From NCBI GenBank assembly GCA_051859245.1, contig JBHYGA010000005.1:64001-128000 (forward strand): DNA of 64,000 bases, written 5' to 3'. This DNA is from Gemmatimonadaceae bacterium (GTDB taxonomy: Bacteria > Gemmatimonadota > Gemmatimonadetes > Gemmatimonadales > Gemmatimonadaceae). The notes below the pieces were generated by a model that was not told the origin of the DNA, ran no database searches, and was given only the letters and a program-made list of their open reading frames with translations. This document shows, piece after piece, positions 19,378 through 31,294 of the stretch; position 1 is the stretch's first letter; each line of letters opens with the position of its first letter. The translations under genes and the position numbers were made by a program.

Positions 19378-20223
19378 CTACCCGCGCGTGGACGGGCTGA
19401 AGACCGGAACAAGAAAACGAATCGGTGCGCCTCGAACCCGCTGGCCGCGGCGCCAGATCATCGCTTCGACCTCCACCGTATCCACCGTGCGACCAGCCGC
19501 CGGAAACTGCAGCGGACGAACGCGAACCCGGCGCGATGACGCACCGCCACCATCTGTCGTATCAATCTGCGACGGTCGGCCAGTTTCATTAACCAGGAAA
19601 ACTGACGCGGTCGTGTCATTCCCAAGATTGGCCGGCCGAACGATGGCGTAACGCACGATCCAGTCATTCACCGGCTGCAGCGCTCCCGCGGCGTTCTTGT
19701 ACTGCACGCGCGTGGTGACCGCAACACTGTTTGAATCCACACCACGCCGCCCGGTGTCCGGCACAAATCCAACCAGCCGGAGATCCGAGTCTGTGGTAAA
19801 CGCGGTATCGGGTGCGTTGGTGACAATCACCGGAATGAGCACTTGCAACGAAAACGCATAGCGCGCCGCGATCTGTAACTGTCCCGCCGCCGGTTGCTTG
19901 ACCACGCGAACCATGCCGGTGGTGGAGTCTACTTCGAGCGCGGTGTCGCGCTGCGCTTGCACGTACAGATAGCGAATCGGCGCGTCTTGAATGACATCGC
20001 CCTGAATGTTGCGAAGCGTGACGCGTATTGGCTGCGCCACGCCAAGGGTATCGCGCAACGAATCACCAATCGCGATGGACGGGAACGCCTGCGGTTCCGC
20101 TTCGATGGAAACGGGCACCAGCGGATCCGTGACAATATCTGCACAGGCGGCCGCGATGACGAGCGAACTCACCGCGCCGAGCACGAACACACGTGACGAC
20201 AATTTCGACGAGAGTTGAGACAT
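19378..20223 (-). CDS. Hypothetical lipoprotein with Ig-like domains
   Basis: Lipobox AAAC; beta-rich sequence. Confidence 0.65.
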   Translation of the reverse strand: MSQLSSKLSSRVFVLGAVSSLVIAAACADIVTDPLVPVSIEAEPQAFPSIAIGDSLRDTLGVAQPIRVTLRNIQGDVIQDAPIRYLYVQAQRDTALEVDSTTGMVRVVKQPAAGQLQIAARYAFSLQVLIPVIVTNAPDTAFTTDSDLRLVGFVPDTGRRGVDSNSVAVTTRVQYKNAAGALQPVNDWIVRYAIVRPANLGNDTTASVFLVNETGRPSQIDTTDGGGASSRRVRVRPLQFPAAGRTVDTVEVEAMIWRRGQRVRGAPIRFLVPVFSPSTRG

Positions 20224-20246
20224 GCCAACAGATACCCAACGCCCCA

Positions 20247-21014
20247 TTAAACGAGCCGTTCAGCGAGAATCGTGGCGAGGTTGACGTACGCCTGACTGGC
20301 CGGGTCTGACGGCGTGCGCAGCACGACGGGTTGTCCGGCCGCGAATGCATCCGCCGTGGCGGGCGTACGAGGAATGCGCGTAGGAAACACCAGATGCGCC
20401 GGCAAATGCTCGCGCACGTAATGCACCACGCGCTCGGTCGCGGCGCTGCCTGGCTCAAACATGGTGAGCAACAAACCTTCGAGCACCAGTTCGTCGTTTT
20501 CGCCCACCACATCCTGAATCGCACGCAAAATTTGCGGTGTGGTTTGCAACGCCAGCGGCTCGCACTGCAGCGGCACGATCACATGCTGACTGGCCGCCAA
20601 TACTCGTCGCGTAATCGCTCCGAGTCCCGGCGGGGTATCCACTACCACCACGTGACAGCGTTCGCGCGCGGTGTCGAGCAAGTCGGCCAACACACGCGTA
20701 CCGCCAATGCGCGTTTGAAACTCACTATGGTCCGCCTGATCACTCACCGATCCGGCCAGAATCACACGCAGCCACGGCAATGCAGTGGGCAGGATCACTT
20801 CGCGCAACGAACGCTCACCGCGCAGGTAATCGTCGAAACCAACCGTGGGATGACCGCGACGCAAACCCACACCGTAGCGCACTGCACCCTGCGGATCGGT
20901 GTCGACAAGCAGCGTCTTGAGTCCACGACGCGCAAACGCCGCCGCAAGATTTACCGCTGTGGTTGTCTTTCCGACGCCACCTTTCTGACTGACAACAGAG
21001 AGAACGCGTCCCAC
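20247..21014 (-). CDS. ParA/Soj-family ATPase (orphan)
   Basis: Deviant Walker A QKGGVGKTT, DTDPQG, DTPPG and PLQCEPLA. The GTG start lies just after the TPR gene stop. Confidence 0.92.
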   Translation of the reverse strand: MGRVLSVVSQKGGVGKTTTAVNLAAAFARRGLKTLLVDTDPQGAVRYGVGLRRGHPTVGFDDYLRGERSLREVILPTALPWLRVILAGSVSDQADHSEFQTRIGGTRVLADLLDTARERCHVVVVDTPPGLGAITRRVLAASQHVIVPLQCEPLALQTTPQILRAIQDVVGENDELVLEGLLLTMFEPGSAATERVVHYVREHLPAHLVFPTRIPRTPATADAFAAGQPVVLRTPSDPASQAYVNLATILAERLV

Positions 21015-21015
21015 G

Positions 21016-21579
21016 CTAGCGTCCCGGTCCCGGCTCAGCCGGTCCCGAGTTGTAACCACCGCGCGACCGGTCGGCGTGTCCGTTCACCGACGGATCACTC
21101 CATTCGCTCTGTTCGTCATCGGCACCGTTGGTGTGCGTGTCATCCGGCATCGGGGCCGCGCCACTGAGTGATGCCAGGGTGCGTTCCGCGTGCGCCACAA
21201 AACGTGCAGCGTCACCGTCGCGCCGCGTGGTGCGCAGGAACGCTTCAAGATGCGCCGCGCAACCCGCCGTGTCCGCGCGCTTGAGCAACAGGAACGCCAA
21301 TCCGTAGTGCGCACCGGACAAAGCGGGTTCCAGCTCAAGCGCGCGTCGATACGCTCGAATCGCTTCTTCCGGCTGCGACGTTTTCGAAAATGCAATCGCA
21401 ATGTTCTGCAGCACTTTCGGATCATCGGGACGCTGACGAAGCGCGAGTCGATACGACGTGAGCGCGTTGGCGTAATCGCCTCGCGCTTCGAGGTCGATCG
21501 CCTCAGCGAGATAGTCTGTAGCGCGTGGAGAACCGTCGCGCTCCGAAGAGCCGCCGGTGAGGCGTTGCCACCAGGACAT
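21016..21579 (-). CDS. Tetratricopeptide-repeat protein
   Basis: TPR helices (ALTSYRLAL..P, AIRAYRRALELEP). Confidence 0.85.
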   Translation of the reverse strand: MSWWQRLTGGSSERDGSPRATDYLAEAIDLEARGDYANALTSYRLALRQRPDDPKVLQNIAIAFSKTSQPEEAIRAYRRALELEPALSGAHYGLAFLLLKRADTAGCAAHLEAFLRTTRRDGDAARFVAHAERTLASLSGAAPMPDDTHTNGADDEQSEWSDPSVNGHADRSRGGYNSGPAEPGPGR

Positions 21580-21826
21580 GCGCTCGCGCGGGGTCGGAGA
21601 AAGAAGGAACAGAAGCCAGATTGGCGCGGATGGCAAAAGTTACGCAGCGACTCTGGTTGCTACAAGCGCCGTCGAGCGCATGCAGGCCACCATTCAGGTG
21701 TGATATATCACGAAGCCGCATCTTCACCGCGTCTTCACCATGTATTCACTGGCCAGCTGAGCGCGGGACGTGTACACTCCCTCCAGCAATGCGCGCTCCC
21801 GCGCCTGATCGTTCCCGCTCTCGGAG

Positions 21827-22360
21827 ATGCACATGACGCTGGCCGGCTATCGCCCCGATCCTTCACGTGGGGTGCTGATTGTGGACTGGCCGCTCTTCGG
21901 TGAACTCTCGCGCGCGTTGGCGCTCAAAGTGGCACGCACGTACGAACCCGAAATCGTGGTGGGCATCGCGACGGCGGGAGTGGTACCCGGCGCCGCGATT
22001 GCCGCGATCCTCGATCGGCCGTTTTACTCGATTCTCGTGAGCCGCCGTTTCAGCGCCGAGCGCGTTCGCGATACACCGGCCGTGTTTGGCGCCGCGCCGC
22101 CGGAAGTCCGCGGCAAGCGCGCACTCATCGTGGATGAGACCTGCGGCTCAGGCGACACATTGCGGCTGGCCGTGGGGGCACTCGTCAACGCGGGCGCAAA
22201 AGAAGTGCGGACCGCCGTGGGCTTCAAAACGGGCAGCTATGAGCCCGACTATCACGGGCTGGCCACCGAGAGCGCGATTGTGCTGCCCTGGGACCGCGAG
22301 ATTCTGGTGGACCGGGACCTCGTGCCGAATCCCAAGTACGCCGGTCTGCTGCCCGAATAA
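21827..22360 (+). CDS. Type I phosphoribosyltransferase
   Basis: PRPP motif LIVDETCGSGDT and C-terminal IVLPW. Confidence 0.88.
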   Translation: MHMTLAGYRPDPSRGVLIVDWPLFGELSRALALKVARTYEPEIVVGIATAGVVPGAAIAAILDRPFYSILVSRRFSAERVRDTPAVFGAAPPEVRGKRALIVDETCGSGDTLRLAVGALVNAGAKEVRTAVGFKTGSYEPDYHGLATESAIVLPWDREILVDRDLVPNPKYAGLLPE

Positions 22361-22393
22361 GCGCGCGGCCGTGTCAGGCCGCGCGAACGCCGA

Positions 22394-22954
22394 TCAGCCC
22401 GTCGCGGCGCTGTTGGCGGCCCGGTCGTACGGCACGCCGCGTTCCATGGCTTCGTACACGTACTGCAGCACGTCCACACTGCCGACCAGAAAGCGGCAGC
22501 GAGCGTCGCCCTGCGAACGGCATTCCACTTCGAGCACGGCCAGCGGCGCCTCGGCGACACGGCCAAAGAATCCGGCCAGCAACCCCGTGCCGGCGTGGCA
22601 CGACGTTCCGTTGGCGGCACCATCGGGCTGCACTTCGGCCCAGTCCGCCGCGTCGAGCGCGACCACCGCGCTGCTGAGCTGCTCAACGCGCAGGCCGCCC
22701 CAGCCGGCTTCCGTGAGGAACTCCGCCATCAGCACGCCGAAGTGATCATCGGCCAACAGTTCCGCAGACGATTCACCACGATCAGCAAGCCACTGCTCGA
22801 ACGAATCGTAAAGTGACACACCGGCGGCGTACCCCGCGTCACGCAAGGCCGCGACCGGGTCAGCGTTATGCGCCGCCGAGGCGCGCAACGCGCCAAAGAA
22901 GCTGGCGGGCACGGAAACGGAGCGGGGCGTCAGAGTTGGAATCGTGCTGGTCAT
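22394..22954 (-). CDS. Stand-alone V4R-domain protein
   Basis: GWG, SCH..TGLLAGFF and EVECRSQGDARCRF. Confidence 0.85.
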   Translation of the reverse strand: MTSTIPTLTPRSVSVPASFFGALRASAAHNADPVAALRDAGYAAGVSLYDSFEQWLADRGESSAELLADDHFGVLMAEFLTEAGWGGLRVEQLSSAVVALDAADWAEVQPDGAANGTSCHAGTGLLAGFFGRVAEAPLAVLEVECRSQGDARCRFLVGSVDVLQYVYEAMERGVPYDRAANSAATG

Positions 22955-23103
22955 GACCGGAGCTTCACGCTGGCTGACAGAAGTGGGCCTCGCGCACGAG
23001 GCGTACGATAGGGGACGCGCGCCGCGCGGCGCCGTCACTTCGGGCGAGCCGCGGGTGAGGTGTGGTATAACAGTCCATGCCAGCAACGTAACGCCAGCCC
23101 AAT

Positions 23104-25176
<2,073 letters not shown>

Positions 25177-25315
25177 CTATGGCACTTCGTGCCGGGAGAC
25201 GGGTATAATCAGAAATCGGCGGGTGATCATTCGGTCGCTTGTCCCATTGCCTCGTGCCGGATCGGCGCCGTTCCGCATGATTCTAAACGCTGGTGCTTCT
25301 CAAGGAGACTCTCCC

Positions 25316-25648
25316 ATGCTCGAATCTTTCCGTCGTGATCGTCATCACGAATCTGAAAAGCTGCAAATCCTCGGCATCGGCTTGCTCGTTGGCGCAGTGA
25401 TCGGCGCAGCGTCCGCACTGCTGCTCGCGCCGGCTTCAGGAGAAGAGACCCGCCGCGCGCTGGCCAAGAGGGCGCGCAAGGCGTACCGGGAAGGGCATGA
25501 GCTGGTCGAAGACAAGTGGACCGACGCCGAGCGTGCCGCTCGCCGGGCTGCTCGCCTGGGCATGAAGCGCGCCCGGGTTCAGGCCGCGCGACTTCGCGCC
25601 ATGGGTGAAGACGCGGTAGAGAACGGTCGTTCACGCCTGCGCGTCTAA
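25316..25648 (+). CDS. YtxH-domain protein
   Basis: GAVIGAASALLLAPASGEETRR; AGGAG RBS. Confidence 0.85.
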   Translation: MLESFRRDRHHESEKLQILGIGLLVGAVIGAASALLLAPASGEETRRALAKRARKAYREGHELVEDKWTDAERAARRAARLGMKRARVQAARLRAMGEDAVENGRSRLRV

Positions 25649-25689
25649 CGCGCTGGTCAGCGATCGGCGGTCAGTGGCCGCCGATCGAC

Positions 25690-25725
25690 AAACGGGACGT
25701 GCCTCGCGGCGCGTCCCGTTTTTTT
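25690..25725 (+). terminator. Intrinsic terminator, preceded by a second hairpin at 25661-25687
   Basis: AAACGGGACGTGCC/GGCGCGTCCCGTTTTTTT. Confidence 0.85.
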
Positions 25726-25742
25726 GTCGCATTGGCTAGCGC

Positions 25743-26525
25743 CTATCGCAGCTCCGCGAGGTCCTTCCTCGCCTCTCGCTTGTAGGCTTCGTCATTGGCA
25801 TCAAAGAGCGGCGCTTTGATCGCTGCCTCAAACGACGCGCGCGCTTTGACACGGTCACCCGAGTCGCGATACACCTGCGCGAGTGCGAGCTGGTGCACGG
25901 TGCGATTGGGTTCTGCGGCCGCCGCGCGCTCCAGCAACCGAACGGCCTCGCGCCAGCTCGCTTCGCCGAACACTTTTCCGCCCATGAACGTCTTCGCGAT
26001 CATGCGCGTCACGCCATTCAATCGCATCACCTCGGCGTGCCAACGCCCCATTACATGGAGCGCGCCCGCATGGAGCGAGTCAATCGCAATCGCACGCAGC
26101 GCGGACTCTCGCACGTCGAGCGCGTATTTCGTGCGTTCCCGTGCACTCACGGAGAGCGCCTCGCGCCCCAGCGCACGCGCCAGATGAAAGTGGCCGGCAG
26201 CGTCATTCGGATTCACGGCGATCGCCTGGCGCGCCAGTGCACCGGCTCGCTGAAACGCGGCTTTGCGACGCTTGGCATCCGTGTCGAACTCGGAGATGTC
26301 GATCAAGGTGCTCGACGTACGCCACAACGCGTGATAGTTATTGGGCGCCAGTGCAAGTGCCGCTTCAAAGTGCGTCAGCGCCACGGCCGGCTTGCGCGCA
26401 ACGATTTCCCGTTCGCCGGCCGCGAGTTCGTCAGCTACCGAACGCTGCGCCTGCGCACTGGTTACCGTCATCACACTTACAGCGATTGCTGTCAGCCACT
26501 GTCTCGCTCTCACACCGACTCTCAT
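25743..26525 (-). CDS. Secreted TPR protein
   Basis: Signal peptide ending AQA followed by TPR helices. Confidence 0.8.
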   Translation of the reverse strand: MRVGVRARQWLTAIAVSVMTVTSAQAQRSVADELAAGEREIVARKPAVALTHFEAALALAPNNYHALWRTSSTLIDISEFDTDAKRRKAAFQRAGALARQAIAVNPNDAAGHFHLARALGREALSVSARERTKYALDVRESALRAIAIDSLHAGALHVMGRWHAEVMRLNGVTRMIAKTFMGGKVFGEASWREAVRLLERAAAAEPNRTVHQLALAQVYRDSGDRVKARASFEAAIKAPLFDANDEAYKREARKDLAELR

Positions 26526-27858
26526 GTTGGCCCGACCTCTGATTGAACGAAAGCGAGATGGTGGTCGAATCAGCGCGAGTGAATGGCGCCGACTCATGAA
26601 TGCGTACGCCGCGGGCGACATACCCGATTACCAGATGGCGGCGCTCAGCATGGCGATCTACTTTCGTGGACTCGATCGAGACGAAACCGGAGCGCTGACT
26701 GACGCGATGTTGCATTCTGGTGCGACACTGGATTTGTCGCACCTGAAACAACCGCGCATCGACAAACACTCAACAGGCGGTGTGGGCGACAAAGTTTCGC
26801 TCATTCTCGCCCCGCTTGTGGCCTCGCTCGGTGTGACCGTGCCCATGATGTCAGGTCGCGGACTCGGTCACACGGGTGGTACCCTCGACAAACTCGAGTC
26901 GATCCCCGGTTTCCGTACCGCGTTGACGCTTCCCGAAACAGTTCGGCAACTCGAAGCAATTGGATGCGCACTGATCGGACAGACCGGCGACATTGCACCG
27001 GCTGATCGGCGTTTGTACGCGCTGCGTGATGCAACTGCCACCGTGGAATCGATTCCTCTCATTGCGGCGAGCATCATGAGTAAAAAGCTCGCCGAAGGGC
27101 TGACCGGCCTGGTGTTGGATGTCAAAGTCGGCTCCGGCGCATTCCTGCCGGAGGTGGAACGCGGCCTCGAGTTGGCGCGCACCATGATTGATCTTGGCAC
27201 GGATCACGGGTGTCCAGTGATCGCCTTGCTCACCGCCATGGATCGACCGCTCGGCCGCGCGTGCGGCAACGCGCTGGAGGTTGAGGAGTGCATCATGGCG
27301 CTGCGCGGCGAAGGGCCGCCCGACCTGATGCGCGTGACGTATGCGCTCGGCGCCGAAATGCTGTTGCTCGCTGGTGTAGTGCGTGACCGCGATGACGCGC
27401 GGCGCCGGATGGAAGTGGCCATTTCGAGCGGCAAAGCGCTGGCGTGCTTTCAGCGCATCATCGAAGCCCAGGGCGGTGACCCGGCGGTGATCGAGGATCC
27501 CGGCTTACTTCCGGAAGCGCCTGAATGCGAGCTGTTCACGGCGCCCAGAAGCGGCGTGGTGGCACGAATCGACCCGCGCGCCGTGGGTCACGGGATCATT
27601 GCGCTCGGCGGCGGACGCACGCGGGTGGAAGACGTGGTCGACCCCGCCGTGGGCTTCGTGATTACGGCGCGACCGGGCGACGTGGTTCGCGCGGGCGAAC
27701 CACTCGCCACGATCTATGCGCGCGACGAGGCTGGCACGGCGGCGGGCCTAAGGGCGCTTGGTGAGGCCATTGTGATTGCGAACGAGGGTGAGCCGCCGCT
27801 TCCACTGATTTCGCATCGGGTGACCGAAGCGGGGGTGGAGTTGTACAGCGAGGGGTGA
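26524..27858 (+). CDS. pdp: Thymidine/pyrimidine-nucleoside phosphorylase
   Basis: DKHSTGGVGDK, SGRGLGHTGGTLDKLES and SIMSKK. Confidence 0.96.
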   Translation: MLARPLIERKRDGGRISASEWRRLMNAYAAGDIPDYQMAALSMAIYFRGLDRDETGALTDAMLHSGATLDLSHLKQPRIDKHSTGGVGDKVSLILAPLVASLGVTVPMMSGRGLGHTGGTLDKLESIPGFRTALTLPETVRQLEAIGCALIGQTGDIAPADRRLYALRDATATVESIPLIAASIMSKKLAEGLTGLVLDVKVGSGAFLPEVERGLELARTMIDLGTDHGCPVIALLTAMDRPLGRACGNALEVEECIMALRGEGPPDLMRVTYALGAEMLLLAGVVRDRDDARRRMEVAISSGKALACFQRIIEAQGGDPAVIEDPGLLPEAPECELFTAPRSGVVARIDPRAVGHGIIALGGGRTRVEDVVDPAVGFVITARPGDVVRAGEPLATIYARDEAGTAAGLRALGEAIVIANEGEPPLPLISHRVTEAGVELYSEG

Positions 27859-27981
27859 GCCGCGCGATTACGCCCTGGGAACCAACAGACTGGGCTCCCG
27901 TCTTCGCCTGCAGCGGTGTAAACTGGTGTCATCGTTGAACGGGCCGCCGCGCCCGTTGCCTTTTTCTTCGGATCGTCTGCC

Positions 27982-28224
27982 ATGTCGCCTTCCGTCCTCC
28001 GTTTGCTCAGCCTGGTTATTGGCGGCGCCGCGTTGCCGCTCTTCGGCCTTTACGCGTTGCTCATCTCCATCTCCATTCCCAATGCAACGGGCGGTATGGA
28101 GCCGATCATGGCCACGATCTGCTACACGGCGTTCACGTGCATCTTTGGCGCGCTGATCACGGTGGCCATCAACTTCTCGCTGCAGCTGTCGCGCGAAGCA
28201 AAGGGCGCGCATCGCTTGCCGTAA
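27982..28224 (+). CDS. Small two-TM membrane protein
   Basis: 80 aa with two hydrophobic segments, followed by a terminator. Confidence 0.65.
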   Translation: MSPSVLRLLSLVIGGAALPLFGLYALLISISIPNATGGMEPIMATICYTAFTCIFGALITVAINFSLQLSREAKGAHRLP

Positions 28225-28244
28225 GTTTTGCACGGCGAAGAAAC

Positions 28245-28284
28245 AAAAACGGGCGGTCTCCATTTTGGAGACCGCCCGTTTTTT
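28245..28284. terminator. Bidirectional intrinsic terminator
   Basis: AAAAACGGGCGGTCTCCA-TTT-TGGAGACCGCCCGTTTTTT between convergent genes. Confidence 0.9.
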
Positions 28285-28299
28285 CTTTCCGAGAGACGG

Positions 28300-29469
28300 T
28301 TACTTCGCCACGGGTTCGAGACGCACGATTGAACCAGGGCCACCGTTCTTGTCGATGGCAAGATAGATAAAGCCATCGGGTCCCTGACGTACATCGCGAA
28401 TGCGACCAACAACATCCTTGAGCAACGTTTCTTCGCTCTTGAACGTGTTGCCGTCGAGCGTGACGCGTGCGAGCTGCTGACCGGCGAGCCCACCCACGAA
28501 GATGCTGCCTTTCCACGACGGAAACTTGTCGCCGGTGTACACCATCAGCCCTGATGTCGCGATGGACGGCACCCAGTATTTCACCGGCTGTTCCATGCCC
28601 GGACGCGAACGCTCTTCGGTGATTGGCGTGCCGCTGTAGTTGATGCCGTACGTGATCACGGGCCAGCCGTAGTTCTTGCCCTTCTGCACAAGATTCAGTT
28701 CATCGCCGCCGCGCGGACCGTGTTCCACGTCGAACAGTGCGCCGGTGGTTGGATGCACGATGAGTCCCTGCGGATTGCGATGTCCGTACGACCAGATCTC
28801 CGGAAGTTTTCCTGCCTGACCAACAAACGGATTGTCGGCTGGCACGCGTCCGTCGTCATGCAACCGGTTGATCGTGCCCTGATGATTGCCCGGGTTCTGC
28901 GCGGGATGCGCCTCAAGATCTCCGCTCGGCGGCGCACCACGATCACCAACCGAGAGATAGAGGAATCCGTTGCGATCAAACGCGATGCGTCCACCAAAAT
29001 GCTGGCCCGCTGAGCTGTTGGTCTGCGCAACAAAAATTTCCTTCACGTCAACCAATGCGTTGCCTTCAAGACGTCCACGCGCGAGGACGGTGGTCGCTTT
29101 CCCGCCGTCCATCATTTTGGCGTAGGCAATGTAGATCAGCTTGTTGGTGGCAAACTGCGGATGCGGTGTGACCTCGTGCAAACCGCCCTGACCACGGCTG
29201 TGCACGGCCGGCACACCGCTGATTGGCGTGGGGTTGAGCACCCCATTCTTCACGCGACGCAATGTGCCGGCTTTTTCCGCCACCAGCATTTCGCCATCGG
29301 GGAGGAACGCGATCGAAAGTGGGAACGCGAGTTCGTCCACCACGCTGACCACTTTGAAGGAGACGTTGCCGGCCTGCTGAGTGGCTGGCAGCTGCGCGGG
29401 CGCTGGTTGTGCGGCGCAGGCGCTGAGCACCAGTCCGGCAGCGAGCGACTTGAAAACCGAAGGGGACAT
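28300..29469 (-). CDS. PQQ-dependent soluble aldose/sorbosone dehydrogenase (YliI-like) lipoprotein
   Basis: GQGGLHEV, HFGGRI, YGHRNPQG, EHGPRGGDELN and RIRDV. Confidence 0.92.
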   Translation of the reverse strand: MSPSVFKSLAAGLVLSACAAQPAPAQLPATQQAGNVSFKVVSVVDELAFPLSIAFLPDGEMLVAEKAGTLRRVKNGVLNPTPISGVPAVHSRGQGGLHEVTPHPQFATNKLIYIAYAKMMDGGKATTVLARGRLEGNALVDVKEIFVAQTNSSAGQHFGGRIAFDRNGFLYLSVGDRGAPPSGDLEAHPAQNPGNHQGTINRLHDDGRVPADNPFVGQAGKLPEIWSYGHRNPQGLIVHPTTGALFDVEHGPRGGDELNLVQKGKNYGWPVITYGINYSGTPITEERSRPGMEQPVKYWVPSIATSGLMVYTGDKFPSWKGSIFVGGLAGQQLARVTLDGNTFKSEETLLKDVVGRIRDVRQGPDGFIYLAIDKNGGPGSIVRLEPVAK

Positions 29470-29557
29470 GGAACGGCCCATGGCGAGAGCGAAGAAAGGA
29501 AAGGCGATTGGACGTGCAGTAAGATAAGAAACCACCCGTGGGGAGGTGTTCCTGTGT

Positions 29558-30976
29558 TTACGGGAAAATGCCGCGCTCGTTGTAGGCGTTCGCCACCTTC
29601 TGCACGGCCGTGGCCAGGGCCGCGCTTCGGAAGTCGGCATTCTTGGCGCGTGCCAGGTCACGCATCTGGTGAAAGCCCGACACCATGGTGTCTTCGAGCC
29701 CGGAGTTCACAATGTCGAGTTCCGACGCGCCCACCGCGACCTGATCGAACACGCGCTGGTTGAATTTTGAACCGGTGAGTTCTTCTACGGCACGCAGCAG
29801 TCGTGCGTTCGACGACGCCTCGAATCGTTGCTCCATGCGACCAAATCGCACGTGCGACAGATTCTTGAGCCACTCAAAGTACGAAACGGTCACACCGCCC
29901 GAGTTCAGATACAGGTCGGGCAACTGCACAATGCCACGCTCGTTGAGAATGCGGCCTCCGTCTGCGGTGGTTGGACCGTTTGCGCCCTCGGCAACCATGC
30001 GCGCCTGTACTCGCGGTGCGTTGTCGGCGTGCAGCACATTTTCAATCGCGGCGGGCAACAGAATGTCGCACGGCCACTCCAGGCCGGCGAGTCCATCTGT
30101 ACCGGTGAGTTTGATTTCGGCGTCGAGGTCAAGCAGCGATCCGCCATTGGCGCGATGTGTATACGCGTGTTCAACATCAATGCCCGCTGCGTTGTAGATC
30201 GCGCCTTCGCGCTCCACAATGCCAACAATGCGCGCGCCATCTTCACTGAGATACTTGGCCGAGAAGTAGCCAACATTTCCGAGGCCTTGTACGACGACGG
30301 TCTTTCCATCGAGGCCGGTTGTCATCCCCAGACGCTGCATGTCGTCGGCTTGCGCAACGGCTTCGCGCAGTCCGAAATACACGCCTCGCCCTGTCGCTTC
30401 AAGACGTCCGCGTACGCCGCCAAGGGCGAGTGGCTTTCCCGTAATGCATCCTGCGGCCGACACTTCAGCGCCGGCTTTCATGGCGATGTACGTGTCAGCA
30501 ATCCACGCCACTTCGCGCGGACCGACGCCCATGTCCGGACCCGGCACATCAACGCCGGGACCAATGCAGTTCCGCTGCACGAGCTCAAACGTGTAGCGAC
30601 GAATGATGCGCTCCAACTCGCCGTCGGAATACTTGCTCTTGTCCACCCGGATCGCACCTTTGGCGCCACCAAACGGAATGTCCACGAGCGCGCACTTGTA
30701 GGTCATGAGCGCCGCAAGCGCGGTCACTTCATCTTCGTTGGCGTGCACCGACAGTCGAATACCGCCCTTGACCGGTAACCGATGCTGCGAATGATGCGCG
30801 CGCCAGCCATGAACTACTTCGATGGTGCCATCATCACGCCGCAGCGGAAAGCTGACGTGATAGACTGCGTTGCACGCCTTGATCTGCTGCAACAATCCGT
30901 CGGGCAGATTCAGCAGTGTGGCAGCCTTGTCGACATATCGATTGACCTGCTCAAAAAATTTCGGCGAAGCCGACAT
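29558..30976 (-). CDS. gdhA: Glutamate dehydrogenase (Glu/Leu/Phe/Val family)
   Basis: KGGIR, PFGGAKG, GRLEATGRG, QGLGNVG and EGANGP. Confidence 0.95.
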   Translation of the reverse strand: MSASPKFFEQVNRYVDKAATLLNLPDGLLQQIKACNAVYHVSFPLRRDDGTIEVVHGWRAHHSQHRLPVKGGIRLSVHANEDEVTALAALMTYKCALVDIPFGGAKGAIRVDKSKYSDGELERIIRRYTFELVQRNCIGPGVDVPGPDMGVGPREVAWIADTYIAMKAGAEVSAAGCITGKPLALGGVRGRLEATGRGVYFGLREAVAQADDMQRLGMTTGLDGKTVVVQGLGNVGYFSAKYLSEDGARIVGIVEREGAIYNAAGIDVEHAYTHRANGGSLLDLDAEIKLTGTDGLAGLEWPCDILLPAAIENVLHADNAPRVQARMVAEGANGPTTADGGRILNERGIVQLPDLYLNSGGVTVSYFEWLKNLSHVRFGRMEQRFEASSNARLLRAVEELTGSKFNQRVFDQVAVGASELDIVNSGLEDTMVSGFHQMRDLARAKNADFRSAALATAVQKVANAYNERGIFP

Positions 30977-31061
30977 AATTCGGGGAGTCAGAGGTGATGT
31001 CGCGCCGCTGGCCTACGGCGCCTGCGCGGAATGTCTGTTCGGCGCCGTGCTCGGGCAAGCG

Positions 31062-31116
31062 TTTGGGGTGCGGGTTGGGGTGCGCGTTGGGGAGCGCGTT
31101 GGGGTGTGCGTTGGAG
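31062..31116. repeat. 12-bp G-rich tandem repeat (GTTGGGGTGCGC-like) x4.5
   Basis: GGGG tracts at 31065, 31077, 31089 and 31101. Confidence 0.85.
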
Positions 31117-31150
31117 ATCGCGCCGGGGGCGCGACACGCCCACACCCGTT

Positions 31151-31294
31151 CGCGGCTCAACGGCTTCGCCGACAGCCACTCGCGCCACTCGCGCCACCGT
31201 CGTTGTGGCGCCGCGTCTCGCCCCCGCCTGCCGATGGTCGCAGGAGCCCCACCCCGTGCGTTTTCGCGGCTGTCGGCGAAGCCGTTGAGCCGCG
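31151..31294. repeat. 27-bp perfect inverted repeat with a 90-bp spacer
   Basis: CGCGGCTCAACGGCTTCGCCGACAGCC (31151-31177) and its reverse complement (31268-31294). Confidence 0.9.
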
